DNA of 38,486 nt from a bacterium (GCA_030426505.1 JAUHYN010000002.1:1-38486), one strand, 5' to 3'. Counted from the first letter of the stretch, positions 17,107 to 26,725 are shown. A program made the numbers and translations. The notes: generated by a model from the sequence alone, not told the origin.

Positions 17107-18365
17107 CCACCGTCGCGAACCTCTTCGAGAGCCGCTCCATGATGGAGTCGCACCAGATGGACTTCCTCGCGGAGACGCAGGTCGTCTACCACTGCCACCA
17201 CTTCAACCTCTTCTTCGATCAGACGATCGACGACGCCCTCGGCCCGGAGCGCGGTACCCAACTCAGGACGGAGGCCGGCCACAAGTCCGCGTTCCACTTG
17301 TTGCGCGGCTTGTTCCGCGACGGTCGCTACCGCACGCCCAGCGAGAGGCTCGACGCCGCGCAGACGCTCCTGAGAGCGATGGGTCACGGCCGCATCGACT
17401 CGATGACCAACCGCTCCGGTGGCAACGCGACCGGCGACTACCTGCACTACGGCTTCGGGTGGCAAGAGAAGTACGGCAGCGTCGCGAATCGATCGCACTG
17501 CGCCGACGGCTTCGCCGCGGGCTTCCTCTCCGCCGCGAACGAGCTCGCCTACGACCTCGACATCGGCTCGCTCGCGACGAGCGAGTCGAAGTGCATCGCG
17601 ACCGGCGCGCCGCAGTGCGCGTTCGACGTCGTGCCGAGCCGCCAGCGCCTGCAGACCAGCAACGTCCATCCCTCGACGGCCGAGGCCACGCTCCCCCCGA
17701 GCTTCGACGGTGAGTTCGCGGATCGCATCGGCGCGATCACGAACGGCCTGCGCGGCTTCCTCTCCGGTGTGCAGGGCGACGAGCGCGGCGTGATCGACGC
17801 CTTCGGCGTCCTCGTCACGTTGCACCTCGCCGACTACTACAACCACCTCGCGAACGACACGCTCCGCATCGTCGCGACCGAGAAGCCCCACGCGCAGGAG
17901 GCGTTCCGCGCGCTCCTCACCGAGGCCGGACAGGTCTGCTCGTTCCACACGTTCGGCGGCGTGCTCGCGTCGCCGGAGTGGGACGCGATGGTCGGCGCGC
18001 CGTCCGGCGAAGCGTCGGAGATCCTCGTCGGCAGCCTCGCGCTCGCGCGCGCGTTCGGGTTCGGGCGCTGGAGCCTCGAGGACTGGATCCCCGAGAAGCG
18101 CCTCGTCATCACGAGCCCCGGCACGTACGAGAGCCTCTTCTCGCGGCTCGCGCCGATGTCGCCCCACCGCGCCCCCGCGGGCATCTTCCCGGGCGCGGCG
18201 CTCGGCATCATGGCGCTCGCGCACCGCGTGGATTGGGCGAACAAACAACCACTCGACCAGGAGCTCTACCGCAACCTCGCGATGAACAGCCCTTGGACCG
18301 TGGAGGAGACGCACTCGATCGTGGCCGGCGACGATCGAGATCGTGTCGTCGTGAGTCTGCGATGA
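17103..18365 (+). CDS. V4R (4-vinyl reductase-type) domain protein
   Basis: There is an ATGA overlap at 17103-17106. The motif SESKCIATGAPQCAFDV is the typical V4R C-terminal Cys pair. A second related half follows. The ORF-track start at 16554 is an over-extension. Confidence 0.6.
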   Translation: MTTVANLFESRSMMESHQMDFLAETQVVYHCHHFNLFFDQTIDDALGPERGTQLRTEAGHKSAFHLLRGLFRDGRYRTPSERLDAAQTLLRAMGHGRIDSMTNRSGGNATGDYLHYGFGWQEKYGSVANRSHCADGFAAGFLSAANELAYDLDIGSLATSESKCIATGAPQCAFDVVPSRQRLQTSNVHPSTAEATLPPSFDGEFADRIGAITNGLRGFLSGVQGDERGVIDAFGVLVTLHLADYYNHLANDTLRIVATEKPHAQEAFRALLTEAGQVCSFHTFGGVLASPEWDAMVGAPSGEASEILVGSLALARAFGFGRWSLEDWIPEKRLVITSPGTYESLFSRLAPMSPHRAPAGIFPGAALGIMALAHRVDWANKQPLDQELYRNLAMNSPWTVEETHSIVAGDDRDRVVVSLR

Positions 18366-18685
18366 ACGAAGCCGCCGCCACGCCGCTCGCGATCGACGTC
18401 GGTTGCCGCAACCACATGTTGTGGCGGTGCGACGTCACCCCGAGCTTCTCGGCGTGCGCGGTGGAGCGGATCCTCGAAGCCGGCGCGAAGGACGTCGGAC
18501 CACCCGGCATCCCCGCGCTCCGGATGTTCGAGCACCCGGACGCCGGACACCGGATCGTCTTCGTCGAGCGGACGGCGCGCGTTCAATTGCGCCTCGACGC
18601 GCTCACGCCCCACGCGAAGCGCGAAGCCGCGGCGCGGGCGCTCTACGACTGGCTCGTCGACGCGTTGATGCGAGGCGCGTCCTGA
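18362..18685 (+). CDS. Hypothetical protein (107 aa)
   Basis: There is an ATGA overlap with the V4R gene at 18362-18365. The frame is GC3-rich. No family recognised. Confidence 0.5.
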   Translation: MNEAAATPLAIDVGCRNHMLWRCDVTPSFSACAVERILEAGAKDVGPPGIPALRMFEHPDAGHRIVFVERTARVQLRLDALTPHAKREAAARALYDWLVDALMRGAS

Positions 18686-19776
18686 TGCGCGTCCTGATCG
18701 TCGACGAGGACCTCGAAGTCCTCCGCAGCTTGCGGGCGGGGTTGATCGAGCACGGCTTCTCCGTGCTCACCGCGACGGACACCGGCGAAGCGCTCGAGCT
18801 CCTCGAAGTGAGTTCGGTCGACGTCGTAGTCGCCGACCACCACCCGCCTGCGCGCGCCCGAGATGCGTTGGTCGACGCCATCCGGCGCCGCTGGCCGTCC
18901 ACCGCGTGTGTGCTCGCGGTGGCCGACGAGGCGGGGCGCCACGCGGCGCGCGATCTCGGCGCGGCGCGGATCGTCACGAAGCCGCACGCCCCGGACCGCC
19001 TCGCGCGCGCGTTGGAGTCGCTGCGCCCCGGTCCCGGTTTCACGGGGACGAACCTCACCGGCTTCAACCTCACCGATCTCCTCCAGCTCGTGTCGATGTC
19101 GGGGCAGTCGATGACGCTGAGCGTGAAGCGCGGCGACGAGTCCGGCGAGATGTGCGTGACGCAGGGCCGCCTCGTCCACGCGAACGCGAGCGGGATGACG
19201 GGCGTCGACGCGGGGCTCGAGATGTTGTCGTGGACGGACGGCGAGGTCGCGTCGTCACCGTCGATTCGGCCGGAGCCGGAGTGGACGTCCGATCTCCCCG
19301 TGATGGAGCTGCTGATGAACGCCGCGCGCACCCGCGACGAGCAGGAGGCGAAGCGACAGCGCAAGCGAACGGAAGACGCCCTCAACGGCCTCGTCGCGCT
19401 CGACGGTGTGCGCGCGAGCGCCGTCTACACGCTGCCTTCGTTCCGCGAGTTGTTCCGCGCGACGGCGGACGACGCCCTGGAGCTCGAGGCCGACCGCACT
19501 TGGATCGGCCTCGCGTTGGATTGGATCCGCACGGCCACGCCGTACACCTCGCTGCACCTGGAAGGCCCGGACCACGGGCTCACCGTCGTGCCGCTCGGAC
19601 GCCGGGGCGTGTTGGTGGTGTGGACGGAGTCGGGGGGCCGCCACGACCCGTATCGCTCGGTGCTCGACGATCTCCGCGCTCACCTCGAGACCGTTTTGGA
19701 CGACCTCCGTGACGCTGCGCCGACCACGTCGGACGACGCGCCACCGCTCCGCGTGGTCACCGACTCCGAGGGCTGA
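18685..19776 (+). CDS. Response-regulator receiver + DUF4388 (PATAN) domain protein with a roadblock-like C-terminus
   Basis: There is a TGATG overlap at 18683-18687. The REC domain begins MRVLIVDEDLEVLRSL ... VDVVVADHH. The DUF4388 pattern is NLTGFNLTDLLQLVSMSGQSMTLSV...GRLVHA...GVDAGLEMLSW. Confidence 0.75.
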   Translation: MRVLIVDEDLEVLRSLRAGLIEHGFSVLTATDTGEALELLEVSSVDVVVADHHPPARARDALVDAIRRRWPSTACVLAVADEAGRHAARDLGAARIVTKPHAPDRLARALESLRPGPGFTGTNLTGFNLTDLLQLVSMSGQSMTLSVKRGDESGEMCVTQGRLVHANASGMTGVDAGLEMLSWTDGEVASSPSIRPEPEWTSDLPVMELLMNAARTRDEQEAKRQRKRTEDALNGLVALDGVRASAVYTLPSFRELFRATADDALELEADRTWIGLALDWIRTATPYTSLHLEGPDHGLTVVPLGRRGVLVVWTESGGRHDPYRSVLDDLRAHLETVLDDLRDAAPTTSDDAPPLRVVTDSEG

Positions 19777-19810
19777 CACTCCGAAGTTTGGTGGTAGGCT
19801 CCGCGCCGCC

Positions 19811-20725
19811 ATGATGGTCTCCAACCGCGGTTCGATCTGGACCCTGCTCGCGTGGCAGTGGAAGAACACGCTGATCTTCACGTTCGCGTCGACGACCGTC
19901 TTCGTGCTCCACCAGATCCTCGGCTTCGACTGGCTGAGGCTCCCGGCGCTCCCGCTCGGCGTGGTCGGCGGCGCGCTCGGCATCTTCGTGAGCTTCAGGA
20001 CCAACTCGGCGTACGACCGGTGGTGGGAAGGGCGAAAGCTGTGGGGGCGGATGATCAACACGTCGCGGCACCTCGCGCTGCAGGTGCTCGCCTACCTCCC
20101 CGCGAACGGCGGCGCCCCGAGTGAGAAGCAGCAGCGGATCATTCGGCGCCACATCGCGTACGTCCACGCGCTGCGTTGCCTGCTCCGCGGTCAGCGCCCG
20201 TTCGACGACGAAGACTTCAAGCGCACGCTCCCCGACGACCCGGGGCCCCTCGAAGCGGAGAGCAACCTGACCACGGCGCTGCTCGGCAAGCAGCTGCACG
20301 AGGTCACGTCGATGTCGCACGAGAAGGAGTTCGACGAGTTCCGCCTCTCGAACCTCGACCTGTCGATCCGCTCGCTCCTCGACATCCAAGGCGGCTGCGA
20401 GCGCATCAAGAAGACGCCGATGCCGCGCGGCTACGGCTTTATCGCCGAGCGCCTCGTCCACTACTTCTCGTTCCTCTTCCCGATGGCCGTCGTCTCCGAG
20501 CTGCACGCGTGGACGATCCCGGTGAGCCTCCTCGTGTGCATGGCGTTCGCGTTGATCAGCGAAGCCGGGCGCGTGCTCGAGGACCCCTTCACGATGTTCT
20601 GGAACGGCCTCCCGCTCAGCGCGATCAGTCGCATGATCGAGGTGAACCTCGAGGAGCGCATGGGGACGCCGCGGGATCAGTTGCCGCCGATGCTCGAGCC
20701 GAACGAGAAGGGCATCCTCATGTAG
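19811..20725 (+). CDS. Bestrophin-family (YneE/UPF0187) anion channel
   Basis: The ATG at 19811 is the likely start. The motifs FVSFRTNSAYDRWWEGRKLWG and PMPRGYGF are bestrophin hallmarks. Confidence 0.85.
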   Translation: MMVSNRGSIWTLLAWQWKNTLIFTFASTTVFVLHQILGFDWLRLPALPLGVVGGALGIFVSFRTNSAYDRWWEGRKLWGRMINTSRHLALQVLAYLPANGGAPSEKQQRIIRRHIAYVHALRCLLRGQRPFDDEDFKRTLPDDPGPLEAESNLTTALLGKQLHEVTSMSHEKEFDEFRLSNLDLSIRSLLDIQGGCERIKKTPMPRGYGFIAERLVHYFSFLFPMAVVSELHAWTIPVSLLVCMAFALISEAGRVLEDPFTMFWNGLPLSAISRMIEVNLEERMGTPRDQLPPMLEPNEKGILM

Positions 20726-22604
20726 CGTCGCGCCCGCGCGACGTCCCCCAGACGATCGTCTGGATCGCCACCACCGCGACGAGCGTACACGCCACCGCGT
20801 GCGGGACGTAGCGCGGCCACAGCGTCCCGGCCGTCGCCCCGAGCAGCGCCGCGCCCGAAGACCACAGCGTCCGCATGTCCATCGTCACCGCGAGGATCGC
20901 GAGCCCCGCCGACAACAGCAGCATGTCCTGACAGAGGATGAGCTCGATATCGAGGCCCATCCTCAGGCCGAGCGCGAGGTGGATCGGCGCGACCACACCG
21001 AGCGCGAAGATCGCCATCGCGATCTTCTTCGCCGCGCGATTCGCGAGGAGCGTGCGCCGGAAGGCCAGGCCGACGATCACGAGGAACCCGAGGAGCCCGA
21101 GGCGCCCGGTCATCCACGCGCGTGAGCCCCCGAGGTCGAGCAGCTCCAACAGATACAGGCCGCCGATCGCGAGCACGGAGCTGATCCCGAGCGCGGTGTA
21201 CGCGCGCGCGCGCCCACCCTTCGAGACGTCGAGGTCCGCCTCCAGGCTCTCGAGGCGCCGCAAGCGCTCGTCCTGCGCCGTCTCCGCTTCGATGAGCGCG
21301 GTGAGCCGCGCGGCGAGGGCGCGCTTTTCTTCGCCTTCGTCCAGCTCGGCGAGCAGCAGCTCGGCGCCCTCTGGATTCTCGCGATCGATCTCGTAGCCGA
21401 TCATCTCCGCGATCGCGGAAGCGAGCCCGTCGCGCGCCTCCGCGAGATCGGGCGAGCTCCTCAACGCCTCTTCATACGCGAACCGGCACTCCCCGAAGAC
21501 GCGGTGCTGCTCCACGCGGTCGCTCTGTAGCTCCGCGAGGCGTGCCTGCTTGTCTCGCGCTTGCTCGACGAGCCCGACCGAGGAGCGCGTCTGCAAGAAG
21601 TCTTGCAACGCGACGCGGAACGCCTCGGCGTCTTCGAAGCGATCCTCTGGCCTCCCCGCCAACGCGCGCTCACAGATCCGCACGAGCTCGGGCGGCGCGG
21701 TCGATGGATACTCCCGGTCCGGGCGGAATGCGTTGAGGAGCACCGCGATCAGGTTGTGGCCGCGGTGAGGCGTGTCGCCGGAGAGCAGGTGATAGAGGAC
21801 GCCGCCCAACAGGTACACGTCGGTGCGCGGACTCACGGCGCCCGTCCGCCGATCGATCATCTCCGGTGCGAGGTAGGCGGGCGTGCCGACCAACGACATC
21901 GGTCGGTTCGCCTCGCGCGCTGCGCGGAGATCGTCGATGCGCGCCGCGATGCCCCAGTCGAGGAGGTAGACCTCGCCGAAGTCACCGACCATGACGTTCT
22001 CCGGTTTGATGTCGCGGTGGACGTAGCCGTGGCGATGCGCGAAGTGGACGGCGTTCGCGACCTGCATCAACACCTGCAGGCCCCAGTCGAGGCGCGGCCC
22101 GCGCACGGCGGCCCAGCGCGCGTGGTCGGGGTCGCCGAGCATCGAAGACAGCGGCGTCCCGTCGATGCGCTTCATCATGAGGAGCGGCCGCCCCTCGTCG
22201 TCGCGGCCGAGCAGGTGGACCGGCGGGATGTTCGGGTGTTCGAGCGCGCCGATGATGCGCGCTTCGCGGAGGAGGCCGCTGCGCGCGCCGGCGGAGTGTG
22301 TCGTGTGCAGGAGCTTCACCGCGACTTCGCGGCCGAGCGCGACCTGCCACGCGCTGCGCACGACGCCCATTCCGCCGCGCCCGAGCTCGTTACCGAGGAT
22401 GAGTTCGGTGGTGCGCACGTCGGTGTCGCGTTCGGCGACGCGCACCGAGGTCAGCGGCTCCTCCGGGATCTCGACCGGTTCGGTGGGTTCGGCGAAGCGC
22501 GCGTCGAAGGCGTGGCGAATGGAGACGAGGGGGTCGGCGGACTGCTGCGTGTCGAGCAGGCCGATATCGTCGAGCGCCGAGCGGATCGTCTCCTCGAAGG
22601 ACAC
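20718..22604 (-). CDS. Ser/Thr protein kinase with a coiled-coil and a multi-pass membrane C-terminus
   Basis: Kinase motifs are GRGGMGVV, AVK, HRDIKPENVMV, DWGIA and GTPAYLAPE. The C-terminal ~150 aa are hydrophobic. The 3' end overlaps the convergent bestrophin gene by 8 nt. Confidence 0.9.
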   Translation of the reverse strand: MSFEETIRSALDDIGLLDTQQSADPLVSIRHAFDARFAEPTEPVEIPEEPLTSVRVAERDTDVRTTELILGNELGRGGMGVVRSAWQVALGREVAVKLLHTTHSAGARSGLLREARIIGALEHPNIPPVHLLGRDDEGRPLLMMKRIDGTPLSSMLGDPDHARWAAVRGPRLDWGLQVLMQVANAVHFAHRHGYVHRDIKPENVMVGDFGEVYLLDWGIAARIDDLRAAREANRPMSLVGTPAYLAPEMIDRRTGAVSPRTDVYLLGGVLYHLLSGDTPHRGHNLIAVLLNAFRPDREYPSTAPPELVRICERALAGRPEDRFEDAEAFRVALQDFLQTRSSVGLVEQARDKQARLAELQSDRVEQHRVFGECRFAYEEALRSSPDLAEARDGLASAIAEMIGYEIDRENPEGAELLLAELDEGEEKRALAARLTALIEAETAQDERLRRLESLEADLDVSKGGRARAYTALGISSVLAIGGLYLLELLDLGGSRAWMTGRLGLLGFLVIVGLAFRRTLLANRAAKKIAMAIFALGVVAPIHLALGLRMGLDIELILCQDMLLLSAGLAILAVTMDMRTLWSSGAALLGATAGTLWPRYVPHAVACTLVAVVAIQTIVWGTSRGRDAT

Positions 22605-22634
22605 GCGGCGGCTAGAGTAGCACTCAACGCGCCG

Positions 22635-23015
22635 TCACGCCGCGGTCGGGGTCGTCCAGCACAGGAACTCGGCGTTCGCGGTCGAACCCATCGCGCCGAT
22701 GAATCGCTCGTGGTCGAAGCCGGGGAGGGCGAGGAGCCGGTCGAGGAGCGCGCCCTGCACGTGGCCGCCCGGGAGCGCCGCGCCGGACGGGCGGCCGTCC
22801 TCGCCGGGGCCCCCGACGAGCAGCCAGAACACGTCCTCCACGAACGGACCCTCGTCCGTGGTGATCAGGACGACCTGGGTGAGCGCGTCCCACCGCACGT
22901 ATTCGATGGTCCCGTCGGGCCGGAACACCGACACCCCGACTTCGTCGTGCTCGATGCGGAGCTCGGGGCGCGGGCGGAAGAGGTGGGTCATGAATCGCTC
23001 GAGGTTCTTCAGCAT
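22635..23015 (-). CDS. Hypothetical protein (126 aa)
   Basis: It has an ATG start and a GC3-rich frame, and is divergent from the TetR gene. No family recognised. Confidence 0.5.
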   Translation of the reverse strand: MLKNLERFMTHLFRPRPELRIEHDEVGVSVFRPDGTIEYVRWDALTQVVLITTDEGPFVEDVFWLLVGGPGEDGRPSGAALPGGHVQGALLDRLLALPGFDHERFIGAMGSTANAEFLCWTTPTAA

Positions 23016-23038
23016 GAGTTCAGCGTCGTCTTGATAGT

Positions 23039-23054
23039 TTGGTTACCCAACCAA
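23039..23054. promoter_or_regulatory. Inverted repeat TTGGTT-ACCC-AACCAA, candidate TetR operator
   Basis: The arms are a perfect 6-bp match. The repeat lies in an unusually AT-rich 55-nt divergent intergenic region, 17 nt upstream of the TetR start. Confidence 0.35.
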
Positions 23055-23070
23055 TAAACTCCCGCCCCGA

Positions 23071-23631
23071 ATGGCTCGCCCGTCGAATCGCGAACAACGC
23101 CGCGAAGACCTCGTCCGCGCCCTGGAGGCGGTCCTCGCCGAGCACGGCCTCGGCGGCGCCACGGTCGCGAAGGTGGCGGACGAAGCCGGCGTCGCGCCCG
23201 GCCTCGTGCATCACCACTTCTCCGACCGCGAAGACCTCATGCGCGCCCTCGCGCGCTCGTTGATGGAGCGCTTCCGCCACCAGATCCCCGACGAGCGCGA
23301 TCCCGCAGCGTACCTGAGAGCCTACGTGGACGCCGCCGTCGCCCTGCGGCCTACGCGCGGCAAGACCGCCGCCCGCGCGTGGGTCGGGCTGTTCGCTGAA
23401 GCGGTGCGCAGCGCTTCGGTCCGGCGCATCGTCCAGCGCGCGCTCCAGACCGAAGTCGAGCGCCTCGAGGCCCGCTTCGCCGCGCTCGGCGACGACCCGC
23501 GCCGCGCGAAGGAGAACGCGGCCGGGCTCGTCGCGGGCATCATCGGCTGCCTCGTGTTCGGCGCGATCGTCCCGAACACCGCGGTGGGGTTCGCGGCGCC
23601 CTACCTGGCGCGGCGCCTCACCGAACGGTGA
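23071..23631 (+). CDS. TetR-family transcriptional regulator
   Basis: The N-terminal HTH reads REDLVRALEAVLAEHGLGGATVAKVADEAGVAPGLVHHHFSDREDL. Confidence 0.85.
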   Translation: MARPSNREQRREDLVRALEAVLAEHGLGGATVAKVADEAGVAPGLVHHHFSDREDLMRALARSLMERFRHQIPDERDPAAYLRAYVDAAVALRPTRGKTAARAWVGLFAEAVRSASVRRIVQRALQTEVERLEARFAALGDDPRRAKENAAGLVAGIIGCLVFGAIVPNTAVGFAAPYLARRLTER

Positions 23632-24853
23632 TCGTCGCCGTGGTCGTGAGGAAGCGCTGCCCCGCGACGTACCGCCCCTCGAGGTCGTGGTACGCGAGGT
23701 TCTCTTCGTTGATCCGGAACCGGCTCGCCGTGAGCGTCAGGTAGATGTGCCCGGACTTCGGCGCGGTGAGGCTCAGCTTTCGCTCGCGCGCCTCCCGCGG
23801 CCGGAGGCGGTTGTCGCTGATCTTCTTCACCTCGGGCGACCACTGGTAGACCGAGCCGATCTGAAACGAGTCCTTCGCGAGCGGTCCGTCGTCACTCTCC
23901 GCCGACAGCTCGATGCGAATGAACCGCTCCGGGTCCCCCGACGGCAGCATGTGCCCGGCGTTCGCGTTGCCGTAGCGATACGTGATCGACAGCGGCATGT
24001 CCGGTCGCACCTCTTTGGGCGCGTTTACCCAGAACGCCTCCAACCCCGGTGGGTAGTGTTCACGGAGCGCTGCCATCTCCTTCGTGAAGCGCGGGTGCTT
24101 CGGAATGAGCGACCCGCCGAACCAGTGACGCCGCGTCACGCGCGGTTTCCCGTTCGTCGCGATCGGGCGCGTGACTTCCGGCATGTGACACGACTGACAA
24201 GTCTTGCCCTCCTCGCCGTAGCCGGACGCCGCGTACTCCTCACCCGTATCGAACACACACGCGAGCGCGATGTGCCGCCACTCCGCCTTCGCCTGGTGAC
24301 ACTGCGTACAGACCTCCACCGTCTTCAGGCGCTCGTCCTTCTTCACGGGGTGCGGCGCGATCGTGTCGCCGTACGGACCGAGGATCTGACCGTCGCGCAC
24401 GTGGCACGTCCCGCACGTGATCGCGTCGTCCTGCAGCGCCTTCGAGTAGCGCGGGTTCGGCACGTAGATCGGCTTCTCGACCGCGCCGCCCTCGAGGTCC
24501 GCCACCAACCGATCGAGCTGATTCACCATCGGCGTATGGCAGTTCACACACATCCACGCGACGCCCTGCTTCTCGGACTTCGCGAGCTCCTCCATGAACT
24601 GCGCGTCGTCCGTCCACGCGCGCGCGTGCGTGGAGATTCGCCACTCCTCGTAGATCTCCACGTGGCACTTCCCGCACGTCGCGGCCGTCAGATCCGGGAG
24701 CCCCTCCGGCACGTCGGAGTAGGGCATCGGCGAGAGGAACGGAGGCTGCGCCGCGTAGAACGCGATCGCGTCGTCGTATCCGAGCGAGCGCGCCTTCGAA
24801 GTCGTCTTCGTGCAACCGGCGACGACGAGCGCGACGAGGAGCGCGCGCTTCAC
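23618..24853 (-). CDS. Multiheme c-type cytochrome lipoprotein (five CXXCH)
   Basis: The lipobox is LVVAGC. The five heme motifs are CGKCH, CVNCH, CGTCH, CTQCH and CQSCH. Confidence 0.85.
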   Translation of the reverse strand: MKRALLVALVVAGCTKTTSKARSLGYDDAIAFYAAQPPFLSPMPYSDVPEGLPDLTAATCGKCHVEIYEEWRISTHARAWTDDAQFMEELAKSEKQGVAWMCVNCHTPMVNQLDRLVADLEGGAVEKPIYVPNPRYSKALQDDAITCGTCHVRDGQILGPYGDTIAPHPVKKDERLKTVEVCTQCHQAKAEWRHIALACVFDTGEEYAASGYGEEGKTCQSCHMPEVTRPIATNGKPRVTRRHWFGGSLIPKHPRFTKEMAALREHYPPGLEAFWVNAPKEVRPDMPLSITYRYGNANAGHMLPSGDPERFIRIELSAESDDGPLAKDSFQIGSVYQWSPEVKKISDNRLRPREARERKLSLTAPKSGHIYLTLTASRFRINEENLAYHDLEGRYVAGQRFLTTTATITVR

Positions 24854-25824
24854 ACCACGATCCGGAACGTGCGGTGGACCTTCTTGTTGCGATAGTCGAC
24901 CGGGATCGTGTCGGCGCTGATCTCCTCCACCGACTTCACCTTGAGGAAGTCGAGGCGCGGCTCGAAGCGCTGGTGGTTCGTGGAGAAGTACACCACGCCC
25001 TTCTTCCGCATGACCTTCACCGTCGCCGCGAGGAGATCCGGGTGGTCACGCTTGATGTCGAACCGGTTGCGCCCCTGACCGCCGCGCGTGGAGTACGACG
25101 GCGGATCCACGACCGCGACGTCGAACCGCCGCGGGCTCTCGTACGCCTCGTCCAACCACTCGAGCACGTCGGCCTTCACCAGCTCGTGCTTGCGCGAGTA
25201 GAGGCCGTTGAGCATCAGGTTGTCCTTCGCCCACCCGAGGTACGGGCCGGAGAGGTCGACCGTCGTCGTGCTCTTCGCGCCGGCGTGCGCGGCGTAGCAC
25301 GTGAAGCTGCCCGTGTAGCCGAACAGGTTGAGGAACGCCTTGCCCTTCGCCGCCTTCCCCACGATCGCGCGCGTCTCGCGGTGGTCACCGAAGAGCCCGG
25401 TGTCGAGGTAGTCGTCGAGGTTGACGAGGAACTTCAGGTCGCGCTCGCGAACTTCGATGCGCTTCTTCGCGCGCCCGAGCGCCTTGTAGCGCGGGCCCTT
25501 CTTGGGTTGCGTGCGGCGCGTCTTGAGATGCACGCGGCCGGGCGCGATGCCGAGCGTGTCGGCGACCGCGCGACCCATGCGCCCGATCCAATCCGGCACC
25601 GTCGTGGTCTGCTCGCGCGCGTACTCGGCGACGACGAGGTGCCCCTCGTACCAATCGATCGCCGCGCGGACCTCCGGGATGTCCCAGTCGTACAGGCGGA
25701 AGACGCCGATGTTCTCCTGCTCGAACTTCTTCTTCAGCTTGCGGAGGTTCTTCTTCACGCGGTTCGCGAGGATGTCCGCGTGTCGATCGACGTCCTTTTC
25801 GGTGAGTCCTGCCGGCCCTGCCAC
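24850..25824 (-). CDS. Class I SAM-dependent (RlmK/RlmI-like) RNA methyltransferase
   Basis: LNLFGYTGSF (motif I) and VDPPSYS (motif IV) are present. There is a 4-nt overlap with the cytochrome gene start. Confidence 0.8.
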   Translation of the reverse strand: MAGPAGLTEKDVDRHADILANRVKKNLRKLKKKFEQENIGVFRLYDWDIPEVRAAIDWYEGHLVVAEYAREQTTTVPDWIGRMGRAVADTLGIAPGRVHLKTRRTQPKKGPRYKALGRAKKRIEVRERDLKFLVNLDDYLDTGLFGDHRETRAIVGKAAKGKAFLNLFGYTGSFTCYAAHAGAKSTTTVDLSGPYLGWAKDNLMLNGLYSRKHELVKADVLEWLDEAYESPRRFDVAVVDPPSYSTRGGQGRNRFDIKRDHPDLLAATVKVMRKKGVVYFSTNHQRFEPRLDFLKVKSVEEISADTIPVDYRNKKVHRTFRIVV

Positions 25825-25861
25825 GTGCGCACCGAGCCACGCCGATCTCGGGCGGTCAACT

Positions 25862-26092
25862 TCACACGCCGTAGATCCGCGCGACGGAGCCGAACGCCCA
25901 GAACAAATACACGACCGAGACCCCGAACAGCCCCGCTGGCTCCAGGATTCGGTCGTAGACGACGAGCCACTTCGACTCGCGGCCCTTCATCGCGCGGTGG
26001 GCGCGCGAGCGGATGTGCTCGCGGCGCCAGTCGTCGACGTCCGGCGTCGGCAAGGCCTCGAGCTGCTCCAGGATGGGATCGGCGTCGCTCAT
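25862..26092 (-). CDS. Small membrane protein, putative anti-sigma factor
   Basis: The ATG at 26092 overlaps the sigma-factor stop (ATGA). The 76-aa protein has a C-terminal TM segment (GLFGVSVVYLFWAFGSV). Confidence 0.5.
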   Translation of the reverse strand: MSDADPILEQLEALPTPDVDDWRREHIRSRAHRAMKGRESKWLVVYDRILEPAGLFGVSVVYLFWAFGSVARIYGV

Positions 26093-26712
26093 GACGTCCC
26101 TCGTTCTTCCTTCGCCACGAGCGCGTCGGCCAGCATCTCGCGCGCGCGGCGCAAGCGCTGGCGGAGCGCCTCGGGCTTCACGTCTACGATGACGGCCGCT
26201 TCGGAGGGCGACAAGCCCTCGACCGCGACCAAGAGCATCACTTCTCGGTACTTCACCGGGAGCCGCGCGAGCGCGCGCTCGAGCCGCTCGTTCGTCTCGC
26301 GCGCCGCCGAGCGCTCGTAGGGCGTCGGCGGGGGCGGCGCGGGGCTTTTGCCGAGCGCCCCGATTCGGTCGAGATCCAGGAGCACCCACCGGCGGTGGCT
26401 CAGGAACAGGTTGCGCGCCACGGTGAACAGCCAAGCCTGAACGCGGGTGTCCTCGGCCAACCCGGACGCCTTCGTCGCGAGCCGGAGGAAGGTCTCCTGC
26501 AGCAGGTCCTCGGCCAGCGCGCGCTGTTGGGTGAGTCGCAGGAGGAAGCCGAAGACGCGCGGGCGATACCTGTCGTAGGCCTCGTCGAAGGCGGCCGTGT
26601 CACGGGCCCTGAGGCGGGCGACGAGGGCACGCTCGGCGTCGTGCTCGTTGATGACCTCCGTCGCGCCCATCCCCTTCGACGGGACAACGCCGCCGTGGCG
26701 GCAGCGTGACAA
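26089..26712 (-). CDS. ECF-type RNA polymerase sigma factor
   Basis: Region 2 reads RPRVFGFLLRLTQQRALAEDLLQETFLRL ... WLFTVARNL. Region 4 reads YREVMLLVAVEGLSPSEAAVIVDVKPEALRQRLRRARE. The start is either the TTG at 26712 or the ATG at 26670. Confidence 0.85.
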   Translation of the reverse strand: MSRCRHGGVVPSKGMGATEVINEHDAERALVARLRARDTAAFDEAYDRYRPRVFGFLLRLTQQRALAEDLLQETFLRLATKASGLAEDTRVQAWLFTVARNLFLSHRRWVLLDLDRIGALGKSPAPPPPTPYERSAARETNERLERALARLPVKYREVMLLVAVEGLSPSEAAVIVDVKPEALRQRLRRAREMLADALVAKEERGTS

Positions 26713-26725
26713 ATTTTCTTGTCAC
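26706..26725. promoter_or_regulatory. Perfect inverted repeat GTGACAA-ATTTTC-TTGTCAC in a divergent promoter region
   Basis: The 7-bp arms pair perfectly. The repeat is an AT-rich island in GC-rich DNA between the ECF sigma gene and the divergent membrane-protein gene. Confidence 0.3.
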
